A stretch of DNA of 64,000 bases from an uncultured bacterium (GTDB lineage: Bacteria > Actinomycetota > Coriobacteriia > Coriobacteriales > Eggerthellaceae): contig CAJMLT010000003.1 in NCBI GenBank assembly GCA_905214325.1, forward strand, positions 382 to 64,381. Direction: 5' to 3'. Under the pieces are notes generated by a model that worked only from the letters and a program-made list of their open reading frames with translations, did not search any database and had not been told where the DNA came from. The position numbers and the translations under genes are program-made. Of the stretch, positions 9,667 through 18,755 are shown piece by piece (position 1 is the stretch's first letter; each line of letters starts with the position of its first letter).

Positions 9667-9675
9667 AGTATACCA
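9667..9675 (-). promoter_or_regulatory. extended -10 promoter candidate for rpsA (TGGTATACT)
   Basis: The minus strand reads TGG-TATACT about 150 nt upstream of the rpsA ATG. No good -35 is seen, which fits a TGn extended -10 promoter. Confidence 0.3.
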
Positions 9676-9781
9676 TACGCTCCGTATGCCATAGGTATAA
9701 CTTTTGAGGAAATCGGACTTCTTGCGAAAAGGATCCGCAAACGTGCTTCCCCTCCCCCGAACGAAGGGGAAACCGATGCCG

Positions 9782-10183
9782 TCAGTGGGCGTTTCGGCAC
9801 TGAGCGCACAGACCTTCGAAGGATAATGTATAGCCCTCTATGGCGAAGCCCTCGGATTCGAGAATATCAAAATGAAGGGCGGTGTCATCGAGAAATACGT
9901 CATCGACACGCCCGCACTTACGACACGTCACGTGATAATGGGGCGCGATCGTATGATCGTAGCGATCGATGTCACCCGGAATCTGAACGCGGCGAATGGC
10001 TCCCTTGTCAACGAGAAGGTGCAGATTGCGATACACCGTGGCCCGCGAAATTCCGGGATAGTCCCGCTTGATGGAGTCGAACACCTCGTTGGCGCTGGGG
10101 TGGTTGGAGAGATTCTTAACCGCATCGAGAACGAGCGTGCGCTGGACGGTGTTGCGCGTTGCGCAACGGGTGCTGGTGGACAT
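9782..10183 (-). CDS. Fur-family metalloregulator (Fur/Zur/PerR type not resolved)
   Basis: 133 aa with a winged-helix segment ATVYRNLHLLVDKGAI and two CxxC pairs (CRKCG, CAQC) typical of the Fur-family structural Zn site. Confidence 0.85.
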   Translation of the reverse strand: MSTSTRCATRNTVQRTLVLDAVKNLSNHPSANEVFDSIKRDYPGISRATVYRNLHLLVDKGAIRRVQIPGDIDRYDHTIAPHYHVTCRKCGRVDDVFLDDTALHFDILESEGFAIEGYTLSFEGLCAQCRNAH

Positions 10184-10210
10184 CTATCTCTCCTCCTTAG
10201 AACAAAACTT

Positions 10211-10232
10211 AATGATAATGAATACTGATAAG
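10211..10232 (-). promoter_or_regulatory. Fur-box-like AT-rich operator in the leader of the Fur-family gene
   Basis: The plus strand reads AATGATAATGAATACTGATAAG and contains GATAAT/ATTATC-type hexamers. It lies just downstream of the -10 candidate and about 30 nt upstream of the ATG. Confidence 0.35.
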
Positions 10233-10238
10233 ATACCA
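10230..10238 (-). promoter_or_regulatory. extended -10 promoter candidate for the Fur-family gene (TGGTATCTT)
   Basis: The minus strand reads TGG-TATCTT about 47 nt upstream of ATG 10183, directly after the serA terminator. Confidence 0.3.
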
Positions 10239-10257
10239 AATATCTTTCCGCTACACA

Positions 10258-10290
10258 ATAGAAAAGGCCCGCCTGAATGATAGGCGAGCC
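10258..10290 (-). terminator. intrinsic terminator after serA
   Basis: The minus strand has GGCTCGCC-TATCATTCA-GGCGGGCC (8-bp stem including one G-U) followed by TTTTCTATT. Confidence 0.6.
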
Positions 10291-10319
10291 GAAAGGTGAC
10301 GGATGATAGGTGATGGCGA

Positions 10320-11900
10320 CTAGAGCTTGATGGACCAAAGATTGCGGAAATCAATCCGGGAGCGCAGTTCATCGAGCATCTCATCGGAAAGATCGTCGTC
10401 GACGTTCATGATCATGAGAGCGCAGCCTTCATCATCTTTTTTGCATATCTGCATTGTGGAGATATTGACCCCCGCCTCACCGAGAACGGAACCGATGGCC
10501 CCGACGCGACCGGGCTGATCGGCGTATTCGAATATGAGGACGTGCTTGCTCGGGGTGATGTCGCATTGATACCCCAGGAACGAAACGATACGGGGATTCT
10601 GGGCGATACCCGCCAACGTGCAAACGATCTCCCGTCCGTCAGCGGTCAGGGCGATGGTGGAAGCGTACTCCTGCGCATCGACATCGGAGGTGGTTTCCAT
10701 CTTGATGCCGTGACGTTGGGCAACGGCGTCGGCGTTGACCGGCGTGACCGTGGTGCGTTTCCGGTAGGAAAGAAAACCGTCGAGGGCACCAGCGCACAAA
10801 ATACCCAGATCCGATCCGGCCAAAGAGCCGGCGGCGGTTATCTTGAGGGTCGAAGGAATATCGCCATAGGAAAGCTGAGAAAGGATGGATCCCATCAGCT
10901 GACATGCGGGAACATAAGGTCCGACGAGATCCATGACTTCGGGGGGAACGGGAGCCATGTTGACCGCGGTAGGCACGATGGACCCGTCAAGACCGGCAGC
11001 CACGAATTCGGCGATCTGGACACCGGCACGTAGCTGGGCTTCCTTGGTCGAAGCGCCGAGATGCGGCGTGAGTGTGGCGTTATCGAAACAATGAAGCGGG
11101 CTATCGGTGCAGGGCTCGCTCTCCCATACATCGATACCGCAGGCTGCGATCTTGCCCGCCGCCACGAAGTCGGCCAGAGATTTCACGTTGTATATTCCAC
11201 CACGGGCAACGTTGACCAGGATGACACCATCTTTCATGGCCGCATATTCTTCAGGACCGAACATGCCGATGGTCTCATCGGTTTTGGGAAGATGAACCGT
11301 GATGAAATCCGCCAGAGGAACTATCTCCTCGACGGTATCATAGAGTTTCACCCCTAAAGATTCCGCCCTTTCAGAAGAACAGTAGGGGTCGTATCCCACC
11401 AGATTCATTCCGAAGGAACGGGCGCGTTTGGCCACCAGCCCACCGATGCGTCCAAGACCGAATATGGCAAGCGTCTTGTTGTAAAGCTCGACTCCGGTGA
11501 AGTCGGCCCGTTCCCACTTGCCTTCCTTCATCGACCTGTCCGCAGCGGCGATATTGCGAGCCGAAGCTAACAGGAGAGCCATGGTCTGCTCGGCTGCGGA
11601 GATGATATTGGACGTGGGGGCATTACATACGACGATACCCTGCTCGGTTGCAGCATCGACATCGACGTTGTCGACCCCGACACCGGCGCGACCGATTATC
11701 TTGAGGTGCGTCGCCGCCGCGATGACATCCGCACTCACTTTCGTGGCGGAACGCACGATCAGCGCATCGTAGGAAGGGATCGCGGCGATGAGGCCTTCCT
11801 GATCGAGGTCGAGCAGAATATCGACTTCGTACCCTTTATCACGAAGGATCTCCAGTCCCGCATCCGCGAGCTTTTCGGTCACCAACACTTTTTTAGCCAT
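10320..11900 (-). CDS. serA: D-3-phosphoglycerate dehydrogenase (long form with C-terminal ACT domain)
   Basis: 526 aa with a 2-hydroxyacid dehydrogenase fold, the NAD motif GLGRIGGLVA, and a C-terminal ACT-like segment (HVLIFEYADQPGRVGAIGSVLGEAGVNI). Confidence 0.93.
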   Translation of the reverse strand: MAKKVLVTEKLADAGLEILRDKGYEVDILLDLDQEGLIAAIPSYDALIVRSATKVSADVIAAATHLKIIGRAGVGVDNVDVDAATEQGIVVCNAPTSNIISAAEQTMALLLASARNIAAADRSMKEGKWERADFTGVELYNKTLAIFGLGRIGGLVAKRARSFGMNLVGYDPYCSSERAESLGVKLYDTVEEIVPLADFITVHLPKTDETIGMFGPEEYAAMKDGVILVNVARGGIYNVKSLADFVAAGKIAACGIDVWESEPCTDSPLHCFDNATLTPHLGASTKEAQLRAGVQIAEFVAAGLDGSIVPTAVNMAPVPPEVMDLVGPYVPACQLMGSILSQLSYGDIPSTLKITAAGSLAGSDLGILCAGALDGFLSYRKRTTVTPVNADAVAQRHGIKMETTSDVDAQEYASTIALTADGREIVCTLAGIAQNPRIVSFLGYQCDITPSKHVLIFEYADQPGRVGAIGSVLGEAGVNISTMQICKKDDEGCALMIMNVDDDLSDEMLDELRSRIDFRNLWSIKL

Positions 11901-12031
11901 AACTTCGCCTACCTATCCTTTCGCTGCACGCAGCCGTATATCGCACGTTATCGGATGGCGGAATACTCGCATCCGCTCCATCGCGGTGCCCTCGGAGTAT
12001 CCTCCCGCATCCGATCAGGCATCCGAAGGGT

Positions 12032-13114
12032 TTATGAATGGGCCCTCTCGAAAGCCTTCATGAAATCGACGAGACGCTCGACACCTGCTTTCGGCATGGC
12101 GTTGTAGATGCTCGCCCGCATACCCCCAACACTTCGATGACCTTTGAGGCTTTCGAGCCCCTCCTTCTTCGCCTCGGCGACGAAGAGAGCATCGAGATCG
12201 GCATCACCGGTGACGAAGGGAACGTTCATGAGGGAACGATCCTGCTTGCGCACCGTACCCCTGAACAGGTCGCTTTGATCGAGGAAATCATAGAGGATCG
12301 CCGCCTTTTCGGCATTGCGCTGACCCATGGCTTCGAGACCGCCCTGCTCCTTGATCCATTTGAACACCTTGCCGCAGATGTAGATACCGTAAGCGGGAGG
12401 AGTGTTGTAGAGAGAATCGGCATCGGCTTGGGTCTTCCATTTGAGCATGGTGGGAGTACCCGCCATGACGTCATCGCGGATCAAATCCTCGCGGATGATG
12501 GAAATCACCACACCGGCGGGGCCGATGTTCTTCTGAACGCCTCCGTACATGACCCCGTAACGGGTGATATCCACCGGCTCTGAAAGGAAACAGGAGGAGA
12601 CATCGGAAACGAGATCTTTGCCCTTGGTGTTGGGAAGCGTGTGGAACTTCGTTCCGTAGATGGTATTGTTCTCGCAGATGTAGACGTAGTCGGCGTCTGC
12701 TGAGATGGGAAGATCGGAACAGTCGGGAATGAAGGAGAAGGTTTCATCCTCGCTGGAGGCGATAGCCCGCGCATCCCCGAAGAGCTGCGCTTCCTTCCAA
12801 GCCTTCTTGGCCCAGGCTCCCGTGATGATATAGTCGGCAATGCCGTTTCTCATAAGGTTCAAAGGCACTGCGGCAAACTGCTGCGAAGCGCCTCCCTGCA
12901 GGAACAGAACCTTATACGTGTCGGGAATGCCGATCAGATCACGAAGGTCGGCCTCTGCCGTTTCGATGATTTCGGCAAAGGTTTTGGAGCGATGACTCAT
13001 CTCCATGACCGACATACCGCACCCGCGGTAATCGAGCATCTCATCTGCTGCTTCGCGCAATACCTCTTCCGGCAAAACCGCAGGACCGGCCGAAAAATTG
13101 TATACCCTACCCAT
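12032..13114 (-). CDS. serC: 3-phosphoserine aminotransferase
   Basis: The N-terminus MGRVYNFSAGPAVLPEEVL is typical of SerC. The start is set at ATG 13114, with AAGGAG 9 nt upstream. The listed longer ORF (13183) has no RBS. Confidence 0.92.
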   Translation of the reverse strand: MGRVYNFSAGPAVLPEEVLREAADEMLDYRGCGMSVMEMSHRSKTFAEIIETAEADLRDLIGIPDTYKVLFLQGGASQQFAAVPLNLMRNGIADYIITGAWAKKAWKEAQLFGDARAIASSEDETFSFIPDCSDLPISADADYVYICENNTIYGTKFHTLPNTKGKDLVSDVSSCFLSEPVDITRYGVMYGGVQKNIGPAGVVISIIREDLIRDDVMAGTPTMLKWKTQADADSLYNTPPAYGIYICGKVFKWIKEQGGLEAMGQRNAEKAAILYDFLDQSDLFRGTVRKQDRSLMNVPFVTGDADLDALFVAEAKKEGLESLKGHRSVGGMRASIYNAMPKAGVERLVDFMKAFERAHS

Positions 13115-13200
13115 GAATACGTTCTCCTTACCCGACGGCCGCACACCCATACCGGCCGAAGACCATCGTTCAACGTTTTTCACCGTCAGTTATCACGACC

Positions 13201-13240
13201 CCCATAATAACAGAGACCCTTGCGTGTCCAAGGGTCTCTG
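13201..13240 (-). terminator. intrinsic terminator after ilvC
   Basis: Perfect 12-bp stem CAGAGACCCTTG/CAAGGGTCTCTG with a 6-nt loop, followed on the minus strand by TTATTAT. Confidence 0.65.
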
Positions 13241-13281
13241 AAGGTCGGTGGATTAGTCTGCCGTTCGACGTGCAGAAAACC

Positions 13282-14277
13282 CTATTTCTTGATCCATGAG
13301 AACATGGAGCGGATCTTTTCGCCCGTCTTCTCGATCTCATGCTCGTTGATGGCGGCACGCTGCTCGAGCAACCACTTGTGGTCGTTGGCGCAATCGTCCA
13401 TGAAGTCCTTGGCGAAGGAACCGTCCTGAATACGCTTCAGGATGAGTTTCATGGCTTCGCGGGATTCGGCGTTGATGACCTTGGGGCCGGCATAGTACTC
13501 GCCGTATTCAGCGGTATTGGAGATGGAGTAGTTCATGAAGTTGATGCCGCTTTCGTACATGAGGTCGACGATCATCTTCATCTCATGATAGACCTCGAAG
13601 TACGCGAGCTCGGGAGGATAACCCGCCTCGGTCAGGGTCTCGAATCCGGCCTTGACCATCTCGACGAGACCGCCACAAAGAACCGCCTGTTCACCGAAGA
13701 GATCCTCTTCGGTCTCTTCCTTGAAGGTTGCCTTGATGATGCCGGAACGGGCACCGCCGACACCCCAAGCGTAGGACAGGGCGAGGTCCCAAGCATGACC
13801 GGTGAAGTCCTGATAGACACATGCCAGATCGGGAACACCGGAGCCTTCGGTATACTGACGACGCACGATATGACCGGGGCCCTTGGGGGCGATCATGATG
13901 ACATCGACGAATTCGGGAGCCTTGATGTAACCGAAATGGATATTGAAGCCGTGAGCGAAAGCAAGCGCGTCGCCCTCTTTGAGATGGGAGGCGATGTGCT
14001 CTTCATAGGTTTTCGCCTGAATCTCATCGGGGACCAGCATCATGATGAGGTCCGCTTCTTCGGCAGCCTGATCGATGGTGCAGACCTTCAAGCCGGCCTC
14101 TTCGGCCTTTGCCCACGAGGAAGAACCTTCGCGAAGACCGACACGCACGTCACAACCCGAATCCTTCAGATTGAGCGCATGGGCATGACCCTGCGAACCG
14201 TAGCCGATAACGGCTATCTTGCGTTCCTGGATGATCTTCGGATCGACATCCTGTTCGTAATAAATTGTTACAGCCAT
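13282..14277 (-). CDS. ilvC: ketol-acid reductoisomerase
   Basis: 331 aa. The sequence [21 protein letters not shown] and the rest are a classic class I KARI. Confidence 0.96.
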   Translation of the reverse strand: MAVTIYYEQDVDPKIIQERKIAVIGYGSQGHAHALNLKDSGCDVRVGLREGSSSWAKAEEAGLKVCTIDQAAEEADLIMMLVPDEIQAKTYEEHIASHLKEGDALAFAHGFNIHFGYIKAPEFVDVIMIAPKGPGHIVRRQYTEGSGVPDLACVYQDFTGHAWDLALSYAWGVGGARSGIIKATFKEETEEDLFGEQAVLCGGLVEMVKAGFETLTEAGYPPELAYFEVYHEMKMIVDLMYESGINFMNYSISNTAEYGEYYAGPKVINAESREAMKLILKRIQDGSFAKDFMDDCANDHKWLLEQRAAINEHEIEKTGEKIRSMFSWIKK

Positions 14278-14361
14278 GTTTTCTTCCCTTCTGCTTATGA
14301 CTGATGGTCACTTTCATTATCTAATCGGTGGAAAACCACCCGATTATTCAGTGGTGATGCA

Positions 14362-14847
14362 CTAGCTGACCTTGGGGCCACGCGACATGGCGATGACACC
14401 CGTTCTGATGATTTCCTTTATACCGTATGCACGGAGAAGGTCTTCGATACCCTGTAGCTTCGATTCGGTACCTGTGGCCTCAATGGTAAGAGAAGTCTTG
14501 CCCACATCGACGATTTTCGCACGAAAAACATTGGCGATCTCGATGATCTCGCTGCGCTTGTCGGGCGTGGCATGCACCTTGAACAACACCAGTTCGCGTT
14601 CGATGGCCGCCTCGTCGGTGAGGTCGGTGATCTTATGAACGCTGATGAGTTTGTGAAGCTGCTTGGTGATCTGCTCATAGGCGACATCATCGGCGACCAT
14701 GACGATCGTGAGACGAGAAAGCGTCGGATCTTCGGTCGGGCCGACCGAAAGGGATTCGATGTTGAAACCTCGACGCGAGATAAGACCCGCCACGCGGCTC
14801 AGGACACCGGATTTGTTCTCAACGAGCACGGAGAGAATATGCCTCAT
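14362..14847 (-). CDS. ilvN: acetolactate synthase small (regulatory) subunit
   Basis: 161 aa with an N-terminal ACT domain (MRHILSVLVENKSGVLSRVAGLISRRGFNIESL), directly downstream of ilvB. Confidence 0.93.
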   Translation of the reverse strand: MRHILSVLVENKSGVLSRVAGLISRRGFNIESLSVGPTEDPTLSRLTIVMVADDVAYEQITKQLHKLISVHKITDLTDEAAIERELVLFKVHATPDKRSEIIEIANVFRAKIVDVGKTSLTIEATGTESKLQGIEDLLRAYGIKEIIRTGVIAMSRGPKVS

Positions 14848-14849
14848 GA

Positions 14850-16658
14850 CTATCGACCCCCTTCATGTTCGTCGATCATTTCCGAAATGGGACCGACGTT
14901 TATCGCTCCGATGATGTCATCGAGGGGAGCCCCCGGAGCAACCATCGGGAAAACGTTTTCCGAACGATCGAAGCGCATATCGAGCAATGCGGGACCCTCG
15001 GCGGCGATCAGGCGCTTCATGGCCGCCTCGAGTTCCTCGGGCTTATCGACCCGCTCGGCACTCCAGCCGTAGGCTTGCGAAAGCTTCACGAAATCGGGGC
15101 TGTCGGGCAGCACCGTTTCACTGTAGCGCTCACCATAGAACAGACCTTGCCACTGATGGACCATTCCCAGCGCCGAGTTGTTCATCAACAACACCTTGAC
15201 GTTGATACCGTTGATGGCCGCAGTCGCCATTTCCTGAACATTCATCTGGAACGATCCGTCACCGGCGACGCAGACCACCTCCTTTTCGGGATAGCCCACC
15301 TTCGCTCCGATCGCAGCCGGGAAGCCGAATCCCATCGTTCCCAAACCACCACTGGTGAGAAACGTTCGGGGAACATCGCGATCCACATGCTGAGCGGCCC
15401 ACATCTGATGTTGACCCACTTCAGTGGTGACGATGGAGCGTGCGGGATCGAGAAGATCGGAAAGCAGATCGAGCGCACCTTCCGGGGAGATGGTGCCTGC
15501 AGGAGTCGCCAGACCGGGACTGTAGAACGGATGGGCTTTGCGCCATTCTTCGATCTGAGCGAGCCACGGACCCGTGACGGTGGAGGGCTCCTCTTTGGCA
15601 AGCTGCTCCTCCACTCCCATCAAAACGATCTTGGCGTCACCGACGATGGGGATCTGGGGAAGACGGTTCTTTCCGATCTCAGCGGGATCGACATCGACGT
15701 GGATGACCTTCGCGTGGGGTGCGAAATCCGCAAGACGACCCGTTACGCGATCGGAGAAACGCGCACCGACGGCGAAGAGCAGATCGGCATTGGTAACGGC
15801 ATAGTTGGCATATTTCGACCCGTGCATTCCCACGTGGCCGAGGTTCAAAGGATGGGAAGCCGGGAAGGCCCCCTTGCCCATCAGCGTGGTGACCACCGGG
15901 ATCTGAAGGGTTTCCGCGACCTTGAGCAGTTCCTTTTCGGAATGAGAGGCGATGATACCGCCACCCACATAGAGTATGGGGCGCTTCGAGGCCTTGATCA
16001 TGTCGACCGCCTGGCGTATCTGGCGCGTATTGCCCTTCACCGTGGGACGATAGGAGGGAATACGGATATCCTCGGGATATTCGAACACCATTTCGGCACC
16101 CGCCAAATCGGAAGGAATATCGATGAGCACCGGACCGGGGCGCCCCGAATTGGCGATGTAGAACGCCTCACGGAACGTCTTGGTCATATCCTCGCAACTC
16201 TGCAGCAGATAGCTGTGCTTGACGATGGGCATGGTGATGCCGACGATGTCGGATTCCTGAAAGGCGTCGGTGCCGATGACGCTGCGGGGAACCTGGCCGG
16301 TGATGACCACCATGGGAACGCTATCCATGTAGGCGGTGGCGATACCGGTAACCGTATTGGTGGCACCGGGACCACTGGTCACGATAACGACGCCGGTCTT
16401 ACCCGTCGCACGGGCGTAACCGTCGGCTTCATGGGTGGCACCTTGCTCGTGGCGAGCCAGGATGTGCTTGATTTTCTTGGAGTCGTAGAGGGCATCGTAG
16501 ATCTTGATCGCCTGGCCTCCGGGATACCCGAACACCGTATCCACCCCTTCGGCTTCCAAGGAGGCGATGATGGCCTGAGCGCCGGTCATCGTCTGACCCT
16601 GTTTTTCCGTATGGGGACCCAATCCCTCTTTTTCTTCGTAATCCTTATCGATTATCAT
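14850..16658 (-). CDS. ilvB: acetolactate synthase large subunit
   Basis: 602 aa, a ThDP enzyme ([16 protein letters not shown]). ATG 16658 overlaps the ilvD stop as ATGA, which implies translational coupling. Confidence 0.95.
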   Translation of the reverse strand: MIIDKDYEEKEGLGPHTEKQGQTMTGAQAIIASLEAEGVDTVFGYPGGQAIKIYDALYDSKKIKHILARHEQGATHEADGYARATGKTGVVIVTSGPGATNTVTGIATAYMDSVPMVVITGQVPRSVIGTDAFQESDIVGITMPIVKHSYLLQSCEDMTKTFREAFYIANSGRPGPVLIDIPSDLAGAEMVFEYPEDIRIPSYRPTVKGNTRQIRQAVDMIKASKRPILYVGGGIIASHSEKELLKVAETLQIPVVTTLMGKGAFPASHPLNLGHVGMHGSKYANYAVTNADLLFAVGARFSDRVTGRLADFAPHAKVIHVDVDPAEIGKNRLPQIPIVGDAKIVLMGVEEQLAKEEPSTVTGPWLAQIEEWRKAHPFYSPGLATPAGTISPEGALDLLSDLLDPARSIVTTEVGQHQMWAAQHVDRDVPRTFLTSGGLGTMGFGFPAAIGAKVGYPEKEVVCVAGDGSFQMNVQEMATAAINGINVKVLLMNNSALGMVHQWQGLFYGERYSETVLPDSPDFVKLSQAYGWSAERVDKPEELEAAMKRLIAAEGPALLDMRFDRSENVFPMVAPGAPLDDIIGAINVGPISEMIDEHEGGR

Positions 16659-18319
16659 CCAAAATACGCCCCCTTATCAGCGCTGGAAACAAGTTTGGCA
16701 TAGCGAGCCAACACGCCGGTCTCATACTTGGGCTCAGGCGCGCTCCAAGAAGCACGGCGCTGGGCCAATTCTTCATCGGACACTTCGAGCTGCATGATTC
16801 CCGCATCGATATCGATGGAGATGATATCCCCTTCTTCGACCAAGGCGATGGGGCCACCGGCATACGCCTCGGGGCTCACATGACCGATGGCGGGACCCTT
16901 CGTCGCTCCCGAAAAACGACCATCGGTGATGAGAGCGACGCTTTTATCGAGACCCATACCGCAGATAGCCGAAGTGGGCGTGAGCATCTCACGCATTCCG
17001 GGACCACCGGCAGGACCTTCGTAACGGATGACGATAACATCGCCTTCACGAATCTGGCCTCCGAAGATAGCCTCGCACGCTTCCTCTTCACTGGAGAAGA
17101 CGCGGGCGGGACCGCGGTGCTGGCGCATATCGTCTGCCACGGCACTTTGCTTGACGACACCGCAATCGGGAGCGATGTTGCCACGCATGACTCTCAGGCC
17201 ACCGACGGGAGAGTAGGCGTCTTCGACACGACGAACGACCTGCCCATCGACATCGGGACAACACTCGACCCATTCGGCCATCGTTCCATGACAGGTGAGG
17301 GCGGACAGGTCCAAAAGACCGTGACGACCCAGTTCGCCGACGATGGCACTGACGCCACCGACATCGTTGAGATCTTGGATGTGAAGCGGACCGGCCGGCG
17401 CGATTCGGGTGATATTGGGAATACGCGAACAGACTTCATCCCAATCATCCATGGTAATGGGACACCCGGCGGCATGGGCGATGGCGGTGAGATGCAGCAT
17501 GGTATTGGTGGAGCCGCCGAAAGCCATATCGAGAGCCATACCGTTATGGATGGCCGCCTCCGTGATGATATCGAGAGCCTTGATGTCTTTCTCGATCAGT
17601 TCCATGATCTTCATGCCGGCATGTTTGGCCAAACGGATGCGCTCGGAATAAACGGCGGGAACGGTGCCGTTACCGGGAAGGGCGATACCTAAACCTTCGG
17701 AAAGACAGCATATGGAGTTCGCGGTGAACATACCCGAACAGCTGCCGCATGTCGGGCAGGCGCTCTCTTCGAACCACTTACATTCCTCTTCGGTCATCGT
17801 GCCGTTGGTCACCTGACCGACCGCATCGAAAAGCGTGTTGAGGTCGGTCTGGTTTCCGCACTTATCCCGCCCCGCGAGCATGGGACCACCGGAAACGAGA
17901 ACGGTGGGAATGTTGAGGCGACAGGCGGCGAGCAGCATGCCCGGCACGATCTTGTCACATGAGGGAATGAGAACCATAGCATCGAACTGATGACCCTGAA
18001 CGGCGCACTCCACCGAATCGGCGATGACTTCGCGACTGGTGAGCGAGTAGCGCATACCCTCATGATTCATGGCGATACCATCACACACGCCGATGGTGGT
18101 CATCTGGACGGGCGTACCTCCGGCCATGCGAACGCCCGCTTTGACCGCGTCGGCAATGGTCTGGAGATGGATGTGGCCGGGAATGATCTCGTTTTGCGAG
18201 GAAACGACGGCAACGAGGGGCCGTTCCAATTCCTCATCGGTGAACCCGTCAGCCTTAAGAAGGCTTCTGTGCGGCGCACGCGCGAGACCTTTTTTGATCG
18301 AGTCGCTTCTCATGTGCAT
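16655..18319 (-). CDS. ilvD: dihydroxy-acid dehydratase
   Basis: IlvD/Edd family ([20 protein letters not shown]). The start is set at ATG 18319 with GGGAG 5 nt upstream. The longer listed ORF (18430) would run through the leader terminator. Confidence 0.95.
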   Translation of the reverse strand: MHMRSDSIKKGLARAPHRSLLKADGFTDEELERPLVAVVSSQNEIIPGHIHLQTIADAVKAGVRMAGGTPVQMTTIGVCDGIAMNHEGMRYSLTSREVIADSVECAVQGHQFDAMVLIPSCDKIVPGMLLAACRLNIPTVLVSGGPMLAGRDKCGNQTDLNTLFDAVGQVTNGTMTEEECKWFEESACPTCGSCSGMFTANSICCLSEGLGIALPGNGTVPAVYSERIRLAKHAGMKIMELIEKDIKALDIITEAAIHNGMALDMAFGGSTNTMLHLTAIAHAAGCPITMDDWDEVCSRIPNITRIAPAGPLHIQDLNDVGGVSAIVGELGRHGLLDLSALTCHGTMAEWVECCPDVDGQVVRRVEDAYSPVGGLRVMRGNIAPDCGVVKQSAVADDMRQHRGPARVFSSEEEACEAIFGGQIREGDVIVIRYEGPAGGPGMREMLTPTSAICGMGLDKSVALITDGRFSGATKGPAIGHVSPEAYAGGPIALVEEGDIISIDIDAGIMQLEVSDEELAQRRASWSAPEPKYETGVLARYAKLVSSADKGAYFG

Positions 18320-18348
18320 ACCTGCTCCCTTTCTGCATCGGATGCAAT

Positions 18349-18381
18349 AAAAAAAATCCCGTACAGTAAGCTGTATCAGGA
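18349..18381 (-). terminator. attenuator terminator of the ilv leader
   Basis: The minus strand has TCCTGATAC-AGCTTACT-GTACGGGA (8 bp with one bulged A and one G-U) followed by T8, about 30 nt upstream of the ilvD ATG. Confidence 0.6.
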
Positions 18382-18606
18382 CTTCGTCAAAAGGGTAGCC
18401 AATGCCACCGCGACCGATCACGGGAGTCACCGATTCAACCTACTGATCAGACAGACACTCGGAGATCGTCCGAGATGGTTACCTGAAGTTCAGATCGAAC
18501 AGCTCGAAGGTGGCTTTCGGACCGTCCACCGTTGGCTTCCAGCAAACGCCAACTCTCTGGGGGATGGATTCGTCCCTACTTTTCCTCGTCAAAGCTTTTC
18601 AAGTGA
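18349..18606 (-). promoter_or_regulatory. T-box-like riboswitch leader of the ilvD-ilvB-ilvN-ilvC operon
   Basis: Stem I elements read by eye: GACGAGGAAAAGUA (18590..18577; GA/K-turn plus AGUA), CCAGAGAG (AG bulge), hairpin UUGGC-GUUUGCUGGAA-GCCAA (distal loop), specifier-side GAAAGCCA-CCUUCGAGCU (18518..18501). The last closely parallels glyQS GAAGGCA-CUUCGAGCA as I recall it. Also seen: AGUAGG, an F-box-like CUCCCGUGAUC, GGUGGCA (T-box core, 18407..18401 = UGGCAUU), and a terminator whose 5' arm can alternatively pair upstream. Confidence 0.6.
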
Positions 18607-18610
18607 AGCT

Positions 18611-18616
18611 ATTATA
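18611..18616 (-). promoter_or_regulatory. -10 box (TATAAT) for the ilv leader transcript
   Basis: Perfect TATAAT on the minus strand just 5' of the leader. The -35 is poor (CTGGTA at 17-nt spacing). A second TGGTAT motif lies 13 nt upstream. Confidence 0.4.
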
Positions 18617-18755
18617 GCGCGACATGAACGCAATACCAGAAAAATCTGGAGTATGATACGAAATCTTACGGGAAAGCGGAATTACTTCCCTTCTGCGTGA
18701 CACATCGTGCCGGGGAGTACACCGACAATGCAACCCTCCCCGACACGGATGCTCC

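Noticed and set aside
9664-10071. 135-aa plus-strand ORF overlapping the Fur-family gene
   Set aside because: It lies antisense to a clear Fur-family CDS, is basic and Arg-rich, and has no RBS.
14865-16703. 612-aa plus-strand ORF, and similar long ORFs at 961..2097, 8255..9280, 27923..29116, 32812..34053, 34935..36122, 38261..39274, 45667..46854 and 58282..59169
   Set aside because: All lie antisense to strongly recognisable housekeeping genes (ilvB, uvrB, rpsA, thrS, clpX, tig, uvrA, rnhB/rplS, ispH). They have Arg/Gly/Asp-rich shadow-frame composition and no RBS. These are typical high-GC antisense artefacts.
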